Below, one piece after another: positions 33,506 through 33,551 of a stretch of 33,551 bases of DNA. The DNA comes from a virus (lineage: Duplodnaviria > Caudoviricetes). How positions within the stretch are numbered: position 1 is the first letter of the stretch; each line of letters begins with the position of its first letter. The notes under the pieces are model-generated. The model was given only the letters and a program-made list of their open reading frames with translations, was not told the origin of the DNA and did not search any database. Location of the stretch: positions 1-33,551 of the IMG/VR virus record IMGVR_UViG_3300020042_004008; one strand, given 5' to 3'. The position numbers and the translations under genes were made by a program.

Positions 33506-33551
33506 TGGCAGAGGTACTACTTATAACAAGAGCAGACTTAGTTAAATACAC
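33431..33551. repeat. Terminal direct repeat (assembly overlap), right copy
   Basis: Identical to 1-121. Confidence 0.97.

Overview
This is a complete, circularly assembled genome of a tailed dsDNA phage with siphovirus-like genes: 33,430 bp unique plus a 121-bp terminal overlap. Every credible gene is on the + strand. TAnnTTTG promoters, A-rich starts without Shine-Dalgarno sequences and a DUF3127-type SSB point to a Bacteroidota (probably Flavobacteriia) host. Modules are: tail fibre and lysis (holin-like genes, M15 endolysin, HNH homing endonuclease); an early and accessory region; ERF recombinase; a replication initiator with an internal iteron origin; a T7 gp4/Twinkle-like primase-helicase; NinG, SSB and an ECF-like sigma factor; terminase; and a morphogenesis module in scrambled order, with the portal after the capsid and tail-tube genes. 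I found no integrase, repressor, DNA polymerase, reverse transcriptase or tRNA. The most striking feature is a ~2.9-kb array (4474-7403) of interlocking TAAC...GTTA / GTTA...TAAC fold-back units resembling integron attC sites. Some units are empty. Others enclose a single cargo gene (HNH nuclease, excisionase-like HTH, Mom-like modifier, amino-methyltransferase) between GCGRTGG-type direct repeats, with start and stop codons supplied by the repeat arms. It looks like an integrase-less gene-cassette capture system. Other signals are Fur-box-like palindromes at two early promoters, a kissing-loop RNA leader before the initiator, a late-promoter motif, a -1 frameshift and two insertions that duplicated gene ends. 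All assignments come from reading motifs by eye, with no database searches.
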